In this document: piece by piece, positions 1 to 9,178 of the stretch
Layout of the letters: every line of letters starts with the position of its first letter
Position numbering within the stretch: the stretch's first letter is position 1
Assembly (NCBI GenBank): GCA_027451365.1
Contig: DAIDJN010000030.1
Span: forward strand, 1 to 62,995
Source of the DNA: Phycisphaerales bacterium
Lineage (GTDB): Bacteria > Planctomycetota > Phycisphaerae > WQYP01
Length of the DNA stretch: 62,995 nucleotides
Direction: 5' to 3'
The notes under the pieces: generated by a model
The model's database searches: none
The model's input: the letters and a program-made list of their open reading frames with translations, nothing else
Told to the model about the DNA's origin: nothing
Made by a program: the position numbers and the translations under genes

Positions 1-1
1 G

Positions 2-907
2 GATTCGGACCTGTTTCTTCCGGAAGAATCCTGGAATCCGGATCGCCAGCGTTGCCGACGAGCCCATATTCCCGACAGTGTGGTGTATCGTTCCAAATGG
101 CGGATGGCTCTGGAGCAGGTGGACCGCAGCCGGAACAACGGCATCCGCCTCGACTGGCTGAGCTTTGACGAAGGCTATGGCAGCAAACCCGGCTTTCTGT
201 TGGGGTTGGATCAGCGTGGTCAACTGTTTGTTGGAGAAGTGCCCCGTCCTTGGGCCTGCTTTCCAACTCTGCCGCGCTATCATTCCACCCAAGCCCCTCA
301 TGCCGCCAAGCGTGCGGATCATGCCGCTCGCCGCGGCAAGCCCTTCCAGGGCAAAGGTTGGAGGAAAGTCCGACTTGCCAGAAAGACTCTTGCCGACCAG
401 TTCTGGCAATACAAGGCGGGGCGTGTTCACCTGTCCAGCGACGGAAAGCCGGTGGAGAAAGAGTATTGGCTGATCTGGGCCAGAAATCAGGATACCGGGG
501 AAGACAAGTATTTTGTCTCCAATGCACCGCCAGGCACCCCGGTGGAGATGCTGCTGCGTGTGGCATTTACCCGGGCCGGTGTGGAGCACGTTTTTCGAGT
601 GGTCAAAACCGAAACGGGATTCGATCACTTTGAGGGGCGCAGTTATGTGGGGCTTATGCGACATATGACACTATGTCAGGTGGTCTTTCTTTTTCTGGCG
701 GTTCACACGGACCGAATCAGGAAAAAAAATCCGGACATTACCTTGGAACAAGTATCACGAGCACTCAATACTCTCTGCCAATGCTGGCTGCTTCGCAGAT
801 CACAACGCTCCGCATCTGAACGCACCGCCGATATTATCTGTTACCACCAATGGCGAAACCGCGCCGCCATCACATCGCGAAAACGACACGAACGTAAAAG
901 AGAGTAG
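2..907 (+). mobile_element. IS701-family DDE transposase, 5' part outside window
   Basis: Frame is open from base 2 (DSDLFLPEESWNPDRQRCRRAHIPDSVVYRSKWRMALEQVDR...FDEGYG...VEHVFRVVKTETGFDHFEGRSYVGLMRHMTL), matching IS701-type motifs. Candidate right end GTAGCGCTGTAGTA followed by TTAA at about 904-921. Confidence 0.85.
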
Positions 908-919
908 CGCTGTAGTATT

Positions 920-1318
920 AATAAAGCCCTGCATGCGCAGGCCAGTGCGTCGAGTATCTGGAGCAAAAAATATGACGCAAAAAAAGCTGTGGACGGGCAA
1001 GCCGGAACGCGGTGGAATTCCGCGCCAGGAACCGCGGCCGGCCAATGGCTGCAACTGCGCTTTGCCAGGCCCACGCTTTGCAATGTGGTCTTAATCAGGC
1101 AATTTGCCGGCCGGATTATAGATTGTGAGTTAAAGGTTTCGGCAAATGGAATCAATTGGCGCACAATTGCAAAGGCGCGTCCGAACGGGAAGTCAGCATT
1201 TGAACTGTCATTTACGCCGTTAAAGACAAAGTATATGCGTGTGGTTATCGGATCGACAGCACGGCATCAACCGCCTTCAATCCGCGAATTTGGATTGTAT
1301 TATGTCCCGCCAAAATAA
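920..1318 (+). pseudogene. 3' remnant of a gene ending in a discoidin (F5/8 type C, CBM32-like) domain, interrupted by the IS
   Basis: Frame continues upstream of the listed GTG to the IS end: NKALHAQASASSIWSKKYDAKKAVDGQAGTRWNSAPG..QWLQL..S.NGINW..KYMRVVI..PSIREF. No own start or RBS. Confidence 0.75.
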
Positions 1319-1694
1319 ATTCGAAGGATGCCGACAATAACCATGTTATACCGCCTGAATCCTGTCAGTTTCTGAAGGTGTGTGGCTGTCCTGATTGGGC
1401 TTTGAAAGAACACTCTCAGAACGCCGGTGGCTGCTCATTCGTATTCACCGGCAGGCTTTTGTGCCGACCCGACGCGAGCCAAAATCCAAAAACGGTCAGT
1501 GCCTCGGCGGGGGCAATTTCAACCAAGCCCGCGATCCTTTGGCTTCCCGAAAAAGCGGGACATTATCACAAGCCATTTATGATTGAGTTGGACAAGACAA
1601 TTGTGAATCAGCGCCTGATCCGCTAAGCAATTCTGGTATCAGCGCGTGTTGTCACCGGCCGGGTTAAAACCAACCCGCAATCGGTTGTGTCGCC

Positions 1695-2888
1695 TCACGG
1701 CGAGCGCCTAACGCTTTCACGAAAGGCTTTAGGTGTCAGATGTGTGGATCTCCGGAATGATTCGCTGAACAACTGGGAAGAAGAAAAGCCGCTTCGCCCG
1801 GCAATTTCCTTAATGCTAAGAGTTGTGGAAGAAAGCAGATGCTTAACCAAGTCTATTCTTTGGCGGCGAATTTCCGCCGCCGGGCTACGCGATAAGATAT
1901 GAACAAAACGATTCTCAAGCGTGGTGCGCGATACAGACAATGTCCTGGCCAGTTGCTTGACGTTAATTCCGTCCTTCAGGTGGCTTTGTATATAAGTGAT
2001 GGCCTGGTGGATCAGTTCGTCCTCGACGGCAATAATATCGGTGGATCGTCGCGTTATAATTGAGCCAGGCGGTATCAAAACCTGCTGCTCTGGTGGCCTG
2101 CCGTTGTTCAATATCATGTCACCGAGTATCTCCATGGCTCGCCACCCGATCTGCCGGCCTTGAATTGTGATGCTCGAAATATGGGGTTCACGCATGCGGG
2201 TATAAAGGTGGTCATCATCCGCACCCAGAACGGCTACTTGTTCGGGAATGCGCAGACCGGCATGCATACAGGCTTCAATCATACATGATGCCAGACCATC
2301 ATTGGCACAAAACAATGCGGTGATCGGGTCGGTCTTACGAATAAGGGCTTTGATTTCTCTTTCGGCGTCGGCTGCGCGCGCTATATTGTCGTCCTCGGAC
2401 AAATAATGGACAGAAGCGTGAAGCCTGTGCGCGGCCAGCGCGGCGGCAAAACCCTCATACCGCTGCTTGGACCAATAAAAGTGCTCAAAGCCAAAGTAGG
2501 CGAATCGTCGAAAGCCCCGCGTTAAGAAGTATTCAGCGGCTATCCTTCCCGCTGCCCGGTCATCAGTAATGATTCGCGGCAATGGGGGCGGATACAATTC
2601 GCCAGAGGTATCCACGGCGGGAATATTCAATTGTTTTATTCGCAAAGGCAATGCCAGTGATTGGCTGCAGGCCCCGATCAGGACGCCGTCAAAGCCGCCG
2701 GCCAGGTTGGCATTTATTATCTGTCGAAAATCAGATGGCGTATCGTTGTCGGAAAAATAGAGACAAAGCGCCGGATGGGATTGTGCCCAGTCTGAGGCGC
2801 CCTGAACAATCTGACGGTTGTAATCCAGCGCTAAATTGGCAATGAAAATGACCCGTTTGTCACGTGACTCGGCGGCTTTCTTTTTCAT
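1695..2888 (-). CDS. XylR-type regulator (LacI-like sensor + AraC HTH)
   Basis: Periplasmic-binding-like N-terminus (FCANDGLA, IPEQVAVLGADDD, IITRRSTD) and C-terminal AraC double HTH (IAGRSGFSSSQLFSESFRRSTHLTPKAFR). Confidence 0.9.
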   Translation of the reverse strand: MKKKAAESRDKRVIFIANLALDYNRQIVQGASDWAQSHPALCLYFSDNDTPSDFRQIINANLAGGFDGVLIGACSQSLALPLRIKQLNIPAVDTSGELYPPPLPRIITDDRAAGRIAAEYFLTRGFRRFAYFGFEHFYWSKQRYEGFAAALAAHRLHASVHYLSEDDNIARAADAEREIKALIRKTDPITALFCANDGLASCMIEACMHAGLRIPEQVAVLGADDDHLYTRMREPHISSITIQGRQIGWRAMEILGDMILNNGRPPEQQVLIPPGSIITRRSTDIIAVEDELIHQAITYIQSHLKDGINVKQLARTLSVSRTTLENRFVHILSRSPAAEIRRQRIDLVKHLLSSTTLSIKEIAGRSGFSSSQLFSESFRRSTHLTPKAFRESVRRSP

Positions 2889-2936
2889 CTGATTCCTTTC
2901 GCCAGTACATTTACCATCAGGGGGAAGGGGTCTTGT

Positions 2937-4361
2937 TTATAATCCGTGCTTTGCGAAATCCATTTCCAGTTGTTCCAGAGACCGATTTCTGGTTTCCGGG
3001 ATAAACTTAAGAATAAACAGAAACCCGGCCGCACATATTGCGGCATATAACCAGAAAGCGCCCACATTGCCCACAGCACCTTTAAGGAGGGGAAATGTCT
3101 GCGTCAATATAAAATCGGCAATCCAGAGTGCTGACACGGCAAGTGAAACCGCCGTGCCTCGAATCCGGTTGGGAAATATCTCGGAAATTAAAACCCAGGT
3201 GACCGGAGCCAAGGTCATAGCATAACAGCCAATCGCGGCCATTACTAGAATCACAACCGGCCAGCCTTTCAGGTGTGCCAGAAAAGCCCACCCCAGCAGT
3301 GAATGCGTTACAAGCAGTCCACCGGCCCCCAGCAGCATCAGAAGGCGTCGGCCAATTTTGTCCACCAGACCAATTGCCACAAGCGTGAAAACAAGATTGA
3401 CCAGTCCCGTGACCATTATTTCAAACAATACACCGGTGATGTGATAGCCGGCGGCCTGAAATATATCCTGAGCGTAAGAAAAAATAATATTAATCCCGCA
3501 CCATTGCTGAAACACGGCCAGGAAAATGCCGATAAGCACAGGTCGTCGGAGGGCCTCGGACCAGAGCACGCCCAGATTCACTTTATCCCGGCTTGTGCCT
3601 TGGAAAGAACGTCGAATATCGGCCAGTTCGCTGGATGCATGTTGGCTTCCACCGATGCGTGTGAGTACCGCCGCGGCGCGCTCAAAATATCCCTTTTTGG
3701 CCAACCATCGCGGACTTTCCGGGACCAGCAGGGAACCGATAAAAAACGCAACGGACGGAATGGCCACCGCGGTAAACATCCAGCGCCAGGCGAAGCGGCC
3801 ATCCCAGGAGGCCGCTATTACCGCGGCTGTGGCGTGCGCCGGCAATGGTCGGGCAATGCGCCAGTTGACAATATCGGCCAAAAGAATTCCAAGGACAATT
3901 GTGAGTTGATTAACGGCCACCAGCCTGCCGCGCAAGCGTGCGGGCGCGATTTCCGCAATGTATAGCGGCGAAATATTGGAAGCGATTCCAATGGCCACTC
4001 CGCCGGCGAGCCTCCACACACTAAACCAGATAAAATGGGAAGCCCAGCCGGTCATGACAGACGACAGGGCAAACAGGAGAGCAGCAAGTATAAGCATTTT
4101 CTTGCGACCAAATGTGTCACTGGCCCACCCGGTGAAAAAGGCGCCCAGCATCGCGCCTAAAAGCGCGCATGACATTGCCCAGCCTATCGTATTGCCGTTG
4201 GTCAGCCGAAAGTATGGGACAAAAAACGGCTTTGCGCCGCTGATGACCACCCAGTCGTAGCCGAAAAGCAGGCCACCCAATGCGGCAATAAAGGCTGTCA
4301 AAATCAGGTAACCCAATCGCATGGCAACTGTATCTTCCGCGGATGGTGTGGCGGTGTTCAT
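2937..4361 (-). CDS. MFS sugar porter
   Basis: GGLLFGYDW, DTFGRKK, PESPRWL, QQWCGINIIFSY, PETRNRSLE motifs. Start set at ATG 4361 (AGGAG upstream; ATGA overlap with the upstream stop). Confidence 0.93.
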   Translation of the reverse strand: MNTATPSAEDTVAMRLGYLILTAFIAALGGLLFGYDWVVISGAKPFFVPYFRLTNGNTIGWAMSCALLGAMLGAFFTGWASDTFGRKKMLILAALLFALSSVMTGWASHFIWFSVWRLAGGVAIGIASNISPLYIAEIAPARLRGRLVAVNQLTIVLGILLADIVNWRIARPLPAHATAAVIAASWDGRFAWRWMFTAVAIPSVAFFIGSLLVPESPRWLAKKGYFERAAAVLTRIGGSQHASSELADIRRSFQGTSRDKVNLGVLWSEALRRPVLIGIFLAVFQQWCGINIIFSYAQDIFQAAGYHITGVLFEIMVTGLVNLVFTLVAIGLVDKIGRRLLMLLGAGGLLVTHSLLGWAFLAHLKGWPVVILVMAAIGCYAMTLAPVTWVLISEIFPNRIRGTAVSLAVSALWIADFILTQTFPLLKGAVGNVGAFWLYAAICAAGFLFILKFIPETRNRSLEQLEMDFAKHGL

Positions 4362-7300
4362 CGTGTGATACTCCTTGTTTTCCTTGCGTTCCGGTCGGCA
4401 CGTGTCTTGCGACGCCGCGTCGCTGGGGCGGCCTTGACGGTTGGGTGTCCGGCACCAGATTGGATCATCCCAAGCAATTGATCCGCCGGGCAATGGGCTG
4501 GGTCCCGCCGTAATATGTTCATCAGCAGGGTCGTTGCGGTGGCCATCCGGCCAAGGCCAAAAGCCGCTTGCGCACGAAGAAACAAAGCCGCAGTCTTCTG
4601 TTCCTTTTTCAGATTGACCGGAAACAAAGACATACTGGAAAGTGACGTGGCAAAATAATCGATCTCCGCGGTTGAAAGTTCCAATTGCCTCGCGTACGCC
4701 TGCAACTGAAGCAGCAGCCGACGTGCTTGCGCGCCGCGATGAAGGGCCTGCAAAGCCAGCGCGCGGTAGAGAGTAAGTCCGGAAAATTCTCTGACGGCCA
4801 TATCCTGAAAATCAACGGCGCGGCGGGCCGCCAATTGCATCCATCGCCGATATTCAGAATAATTGCTATGTGCATAGGATAATCCAAGATAGTAATATAT
4901 CTGGCTTTTATTGGCCAGCGGATGCGCCGCTTCACCCAGGTTGTTCGGCGGATAAAGCGCCGCTGTAAAATGCCGCCGTGCTTCCGGACACGCGCCATCG
5001 TGCAGGTATTGTTTCCCCAATGACATGTGTGCGAGGATATATTGCTCCAGCACTTTTCCCTCACCACCTTCCCATGGCTGGAATATGCGTGTTTCCAGAA
5101 TGCCCAGAGCCTGTGAATATCGCCCGGCCAGATTCAACAACGCGCAGAATTCAATGGTTAAATCATGGCGCTGTTCGACCTGTTCCTGATGCGCTTCCAG
5201 ATATGCAAGGCGCTGATTCACGGGCACGCACAATCGGCGCTTCAGTTGGTCGGCTTCGTACACCAGGCGCGCATCCGATGGCGCCGCCCGCTGCGCGATA
5301 TGATATGCCGCCAGAGCTTTATCCGGCCTGCGGCTCACATTGTGGTAACCAATCGCCAAATTGCGGTAAAGCACAGAATAGGCAACACCTTTGCGGCGGG
5401 CCATTTCCCAGTGACGAATCGCTTCGGCGTGGCGGCGTCGGTCGTAAAGCCAATTGCCCAATAGATAATGCGCCAGACCATCCTTGGAATTCAAGTCGAT
5501 GGCGGATTGTAATATCCGCTGATCCGCAAGGCGTGCCGGAAAACAGTAATCCGGTGATGTGCCAGATGCGCTTAGAAATTCTTTCCGGGCCTGCGGATGG
5601 CGTCCTGCCATCAGATGGAAATAGCCACGGTAATAGTGCAGCAGGGGGGCCGTTCCGCGACTGATCTGACCGGAGGTTTGGCGAAGGCAGTCAATGGCGT
5701 CATCCCATAAACCCGACTGCGCGAATTCCAGCGACAAATCCATTTGTTGCTGCGTGTCAAGAAATTGTCTGCGGCCAAGCAGGTAATTGCATCCTGTATC
5801 CAGCGGATCCAGGTGATGTGTTGCTTCAAGCAGTTCCTGCATCTGGGGGATTCGACCAAGTTTTGCAAGCATGACAGCCTTAAGCGTTCTTGCGGCCAGA
5901 TGTTCCACGTTTACCCGCAAGCATCTTTCCAGATGATCCAGTGCTATTTCCCAGTTGCCACGAGTGGCTTCATGCTGTGCCAACGCGTAAAACGCCGGAG
6001 ATTGCCAGGCATGGTTCCAGGTTGCCTTATAGAAATGATCCGCGGCTTCTTCATCCTTTCCCTGCCATCTTAGCGCCACGGCCGCGTTATAAAACACATC
6101 CCCTTCAGACGGGTTGGCATTGAATCTGGCAAGCGCGGAAATGGCGGCGCTAAAATGTTTCGTGGCGGCGGCAAATTCTCCCCGTGCAGTGTGCCAGACA
6201 CCCATCGCCTGATGGCAGCGGTAATCGGCGGGTTCGCGTTTTAGTGCCTCACGCCAATAATCCGCCCCGCTGCGTGTCGCATGGCGAATTTGTTCCAGAT
6301 GCATTCCGGTTAAATACAAGTCCTGAAGCGTTGCGGTGGCCTTTGGCGATGGCGGTGCGGCAGCGGGTCGCGGCGGTCTGTCCTTGCGATTCTGTTCGGG
6401 AACCCGTTCCACAAGCATCGCGCCATTGGCGTCACGCACTCTGATTGTCAAATCGTCGCTGTCTATTTGCCTGGGTATCATTATTTCTTTTATCCATGGC
6501 GACGCTGGTGTGGCCACGGCATTTTGTCGAACGATTGTGCGGTTCTTTAAGGCTATGTGAACATCCATCAATTGATCATGCTTTGTGACGGCAATGCCGA
6601 CGCGCAGTGCGCCGGCGAGCGGCGAAATGCCGATAGCGGCGCTGGTGGTTGCCGCGACAGCAGGACCAATTTTCTGGATCGGATACCAATATTGACTGAA
6701 GGTTCTTGTTTCACCTGGCACTAGGAAGGAAAAATCAGGCTGATTATCCGTATATACGCCGGACATCAGTTCCAGATAGGGGCCATCCGTGTCGGTCAGG
6801 CTTCGATCCCATGCATAGCCAAACGCATGATTACCCCAGGTCCATTGCTTTTTTCCCGGCGCAATATGATGGTTCGCTATGCAAACAAGCCCGGCCTGTT
6901 TGCGGTGGTCATATCCGCCGAAAAAATCCTGCCGTGATCCAATGGCCATATAACTGGTGGGTACCGGAATATTGCCGTACCAGCGTAAATCATTAGGTGG
7001 ATAGGTTCCGGGCGGCACGAATTGCGTGGGGACTTCATTTCCTGGAACAGGATGTTCGCGGCGTTGTCCATAATTCACACCATAGTAATAAGCCCTGCAC
7101 AGGGGATATTCACTTGTGGCCCGCCGCGCATGATCTGCCACCAAGTGCACATCACGCGGGAAAAAGGACTGATACAGTTCATGCGCGTGAACCGCGACGT
7201 TGGCCCACCAGAGAAAAGTTTGGGTTTGTTCAGAACGGTTATACAGCCTGACTTTCAGTTCCAGCACACTGGACCGCGGCCGCAAATGCACGCCATGCAT

Positions 7301-7813
7301 TCCTTTCAGTCTTTGCAGCGGGTCGTGGTCAGACAGCCAAACGGTGCGCGAGCCATCGGCGTGCTCTTCTATGTTCCAGTGCACGGGCATAAAAGTCGCG
7401 GGCCGATGGTGCTGTGGCCAGTTAAATTCCACGCCTCCGGAAACCCAAGGCCCCGCGAGGCCGACCAGCGCGGGTTTGATGACATTTTGCCGATAGAAAA
7501 AATCGTAGCCATTGGTTTTATCCAATCCCACATGAATCCGTCCGCCGAGTTCGGGAAGTATCATCACGCGGATAAATTCATTTTCCAGATGTACAGCCTG
7601 CCAGGAGCGTTCATGAGGAGTTGTCGAAACCGCGTCAATAACCGGCAATGGATATACCCGCCCGCTGCTTCCCTGATAGACCCTTGCTTCCAGAAACATT
7701 GGATTTCTGTCTGGATTGACCGGTTCATATGTGGCTATATTGACGGCCTCATTCCAGGCCTTCACGCTGCCCGTCTGGTGGACAGGAGGTGCTGGCAACT
7801 TCAATTGATACAT
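4358..7813 (-). CDS. DUF5107 + TPR protein (YphG-like)
   Basis: N-terminal RVYQGSSGRVYP, LENEFIRVMILPELGGRI, GGVEFNWPQHHRP, GKKQWTWG, GVYTDNQPDF, followed by many TPR-like helices and a PWEGGEG motif. Confidence 0.85.
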   Translation of the reverse strand: MYQLKLPAPPVHQTGSVKAWNEAVNIATYEPVNPDRNPMFLEARVYQGSSGRVYPLPVIDAVSTTPHERSWQAVHLENEFIRVMILPELGGRIHVGLDKTNGYDFFYRQNVIKPALVGLAGPWVSGGVEFNWPQHHRPATFMPVHWNIEEHADGSRTVWLSDHDPLQRLKGMHGVHLRPRSSVLELKVRLYNRSEQTQTFLWWANVAVHAHELYQSFFPRDVHLVADHARRATSEYPLCRAYYYGVNYGQRREHPVPGNEVPTQFVPPGTYPPNDLRWYGNIPVPTSYMAIGSRQDFFGGYDHRKQAGLVCIANHHIAPGKKQWTWGNHAFGYAWDRSLTDTDGPYLELMSGVYTDNQPDFSFLVPGETRTFSQYWYPIQKIGPAVAATTSAAIGISPLAGALRVGIAVTKHDQLMDVHIALKNRTIVRQNAVATPASPWIKEIMIPRQIDSDDLTIRVRDANGAMLVERVPEQNRKDRPPRPAAAPPSPKATATLQDLYLTGMHLEQIRHATRSGADYWREALKREPADYRCHQAMGVWHTARGEFAAATKHFSAAISALARFNANPSEGDVFYNAAVALRWQGKDEEAADHFYKATWNHAWQSPAFYALAQHEATRGNWEIALDHLERCLRVNVEHLAARTLKAVMLAKLGRIPQMQELLEATHHLDPLDTGCNYLLGRRQFLDTQQQMDLSLEFAQSGLWDDAIDCLRQTSGQISRGTAPLLHYYRGYFHLMAGRHPQARKEFLSASGTSPDYCFPARLADQRILQSAIDLNSKDGLAHYLLGNWLYDRRRHAEAIRHWEMARRKGVAYSVLYRNLAIGYHNVSRRPDKALAAYHIAQRAAPSDARLVYEADQLKRRLCVPVNQRLAYLEAHQEQVEQRHDLTIEFCALLNLAGRYSQALGILETRIFQPWEGGEGKVLEQYILAHMSLGKQYLHDGACPEARRHFTAALYPPNNLGEAAHPLANKSQIYYYLGLSYAHSNYSEYRRWMQLAARRAVDFQDMAVREFSGLTLYRALALQALHRGAQARRLLLQLQAYARQLELSTAEIDYFATSLSSMSLFPVNLKKEQKTAALFLRAQAAFGLGRMATATTLLMNILRRDPAHCPADQLLGMIQSGAGHPTVKAAPATRRRKTRADRNARKTRSITR

Positions 7814-7965
7814 GCGGATGGCTCCAATTGAATCTATGGTTTTAGCGGATGAAAATCACCGCGGGTCACTCCAGGGCGTGATTTTAGCATCGTCGCAGTT
7901 TGCAATATGCCCCGGCTGCAATTTTGTCGCAATTGACGATAATGCGATTGATATGGACGATGTGA

Positions 7966-7974
7966 TGGTATAAT
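7966..7974 (+). promoter_or_regulatory. Extended -10 promoter (TGgTATAAT) for the araC-type gene
   Basis: TGGTATAAT ends 7 nt before ATG 7982; no SD sequence. Confidence 0.55.
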
Positions 7975-7981
7975 AAATCGT

Positions 7982-8926
7982 ATGCATACGACAGATCCGA
8001 CCGCCGCCGAGCCATCAAGCCCATCCGAACTCCGGGTCGCTTCGCGCCGCCACGGTTTTGCCCAGCAGCGCATGATTGTCCTGCCGGGCCCCCTGATCGA
8101 GCGGGCGTTGTCGCGCCATCTGCCACTGGGTATTGTGCCGACGGATGTGGGCTATTTCCCCCAGGCCGCCGGGCATCTGGTGAATCGCAGTCATGGCTCC
8201 AGGCAACTGATCGTGATCTTTTGCGTACAGGGATTTGGCTGGGTGAAGCTTCACAATCCGCCCGGGTCGGCCATATCCGTCTCGCCGGGCCACGCCGTCT
8301 GTATTTTGCCGCATACGCCTCATTCCTATGGCTCTGCACCGCGGAACCCATGGACGATTTACTGGTGTCATTTGACCGGCCCGGCGGTCGCCGGCATCTG
8401 CAGATCTGGCCCATTTACCAAAGTTGCCCCACTTTTCAATGTGCCGGATGTTCCGGAAATGGCTCAATTGTTTGACAAATTGATTATGGATTTGCGGCAA
8501 CTGTACAGGTCTGATCAGCTCATTCTGCCTTCCGGTGTGGCGGCACACTTAATCAGTCTTTTGTGCGCCGGCGCGTTGCACATGGACCGGACTTCGCCAA
8601 AATCTTCGCAGCGCATTGAACAGTTGGCCCTTTCTTTAAGCGCCTGTACGGATCGCACTGTGACAATTTCGGAATTGGCTCACCGCGTGAATTTGTCCAA
8701 TTCCCATTTTTGCGCACTGTTTCGGCGGGTCATAGGTGTGCCACCCTTGGAATATTTCATTCGTCTAAAAATGCGCAAAGCCTGCCAACTGCTGCAAGCG
8801 TCTGATTTGCCGGTGAAGGAAGTGGCTGCTTACTTGGCCTTTTCCGATCCACTGTATTTTTCTCGCCTGTTTCGCCGTATGTACGCGATGACCCCCACGC
8901 AATATCGCAAATTGCCAAGAGGCTAA
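7982..8926 (+). CDS. AraC-family regulator with cupin sensor
   Basis: TDVGYFPQA..H, PHSYG...PWTIYWCH cupin region; C-terminal HTH (FSDPLYFSRLFRRMYAMTPTQYR). Divergent from the DUF5107 operon. Confidence 0.92.
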   Translation: MHTTDPTAAEPSSPSELRVASRRHGFAQQRMIVLPGPLIERALSRHLPLGIVPTDVGYFPQAAGHLVNRSHGSRQLIVIFCVQGFGWVKLHNPPGSAISVSPGHAVCILPHTPHSYGSAPRNPWTIYWCHLTGPAVAGICRSGPFTKVAPLFNVPDVPEMAQLFDKLIMDLRQLYRSDQLILPSGVAAHLISLLCAGALHMDRTSPKSSQRIEQLALSLSACTDRTVTISELAHRVNLSNSHFCALFRRVIGVPPLEYFIRLKMRKACQLLQASDLPVKEVAAYLAFSDPLYFSRLFRRMYAMTPTQYRKLPRG

Positions 8927-9178
8927 ATTAAACCGCTGAATAAGTTGAAATATCAATACGCCAAAAAAAATCGCCGCCCGCCGTCTGACGGGAAGAGCGT
9001 TAAAACCAGAAGCAATGTCGGAATTGTGCACGCCATCCCTTGTCCGGGGCGGACAGCGCCCGATGGTACAATGTCACATTGCCGACGGGCAGACAAGCCG
9101 TGGCGGCACGTTCCAAGAGATATGATTTCAGCCGCTGGCGTGTAACGCAAATAAAATCCATGCGGCCCTCTAGCGGGC

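Noticed and set aside
1378..1626. 82-aa ORF between the discoidin remnant and the XylR-like gene
   Set aside because: No RBS or recognisable motif; at most a decayed fragment.
4362..4493. N-terminal extension of the sugar porter in the ORF track
   Set aside because: Overlaps the DUF5107 gene; RBS and ATGA coupling point to 4361.
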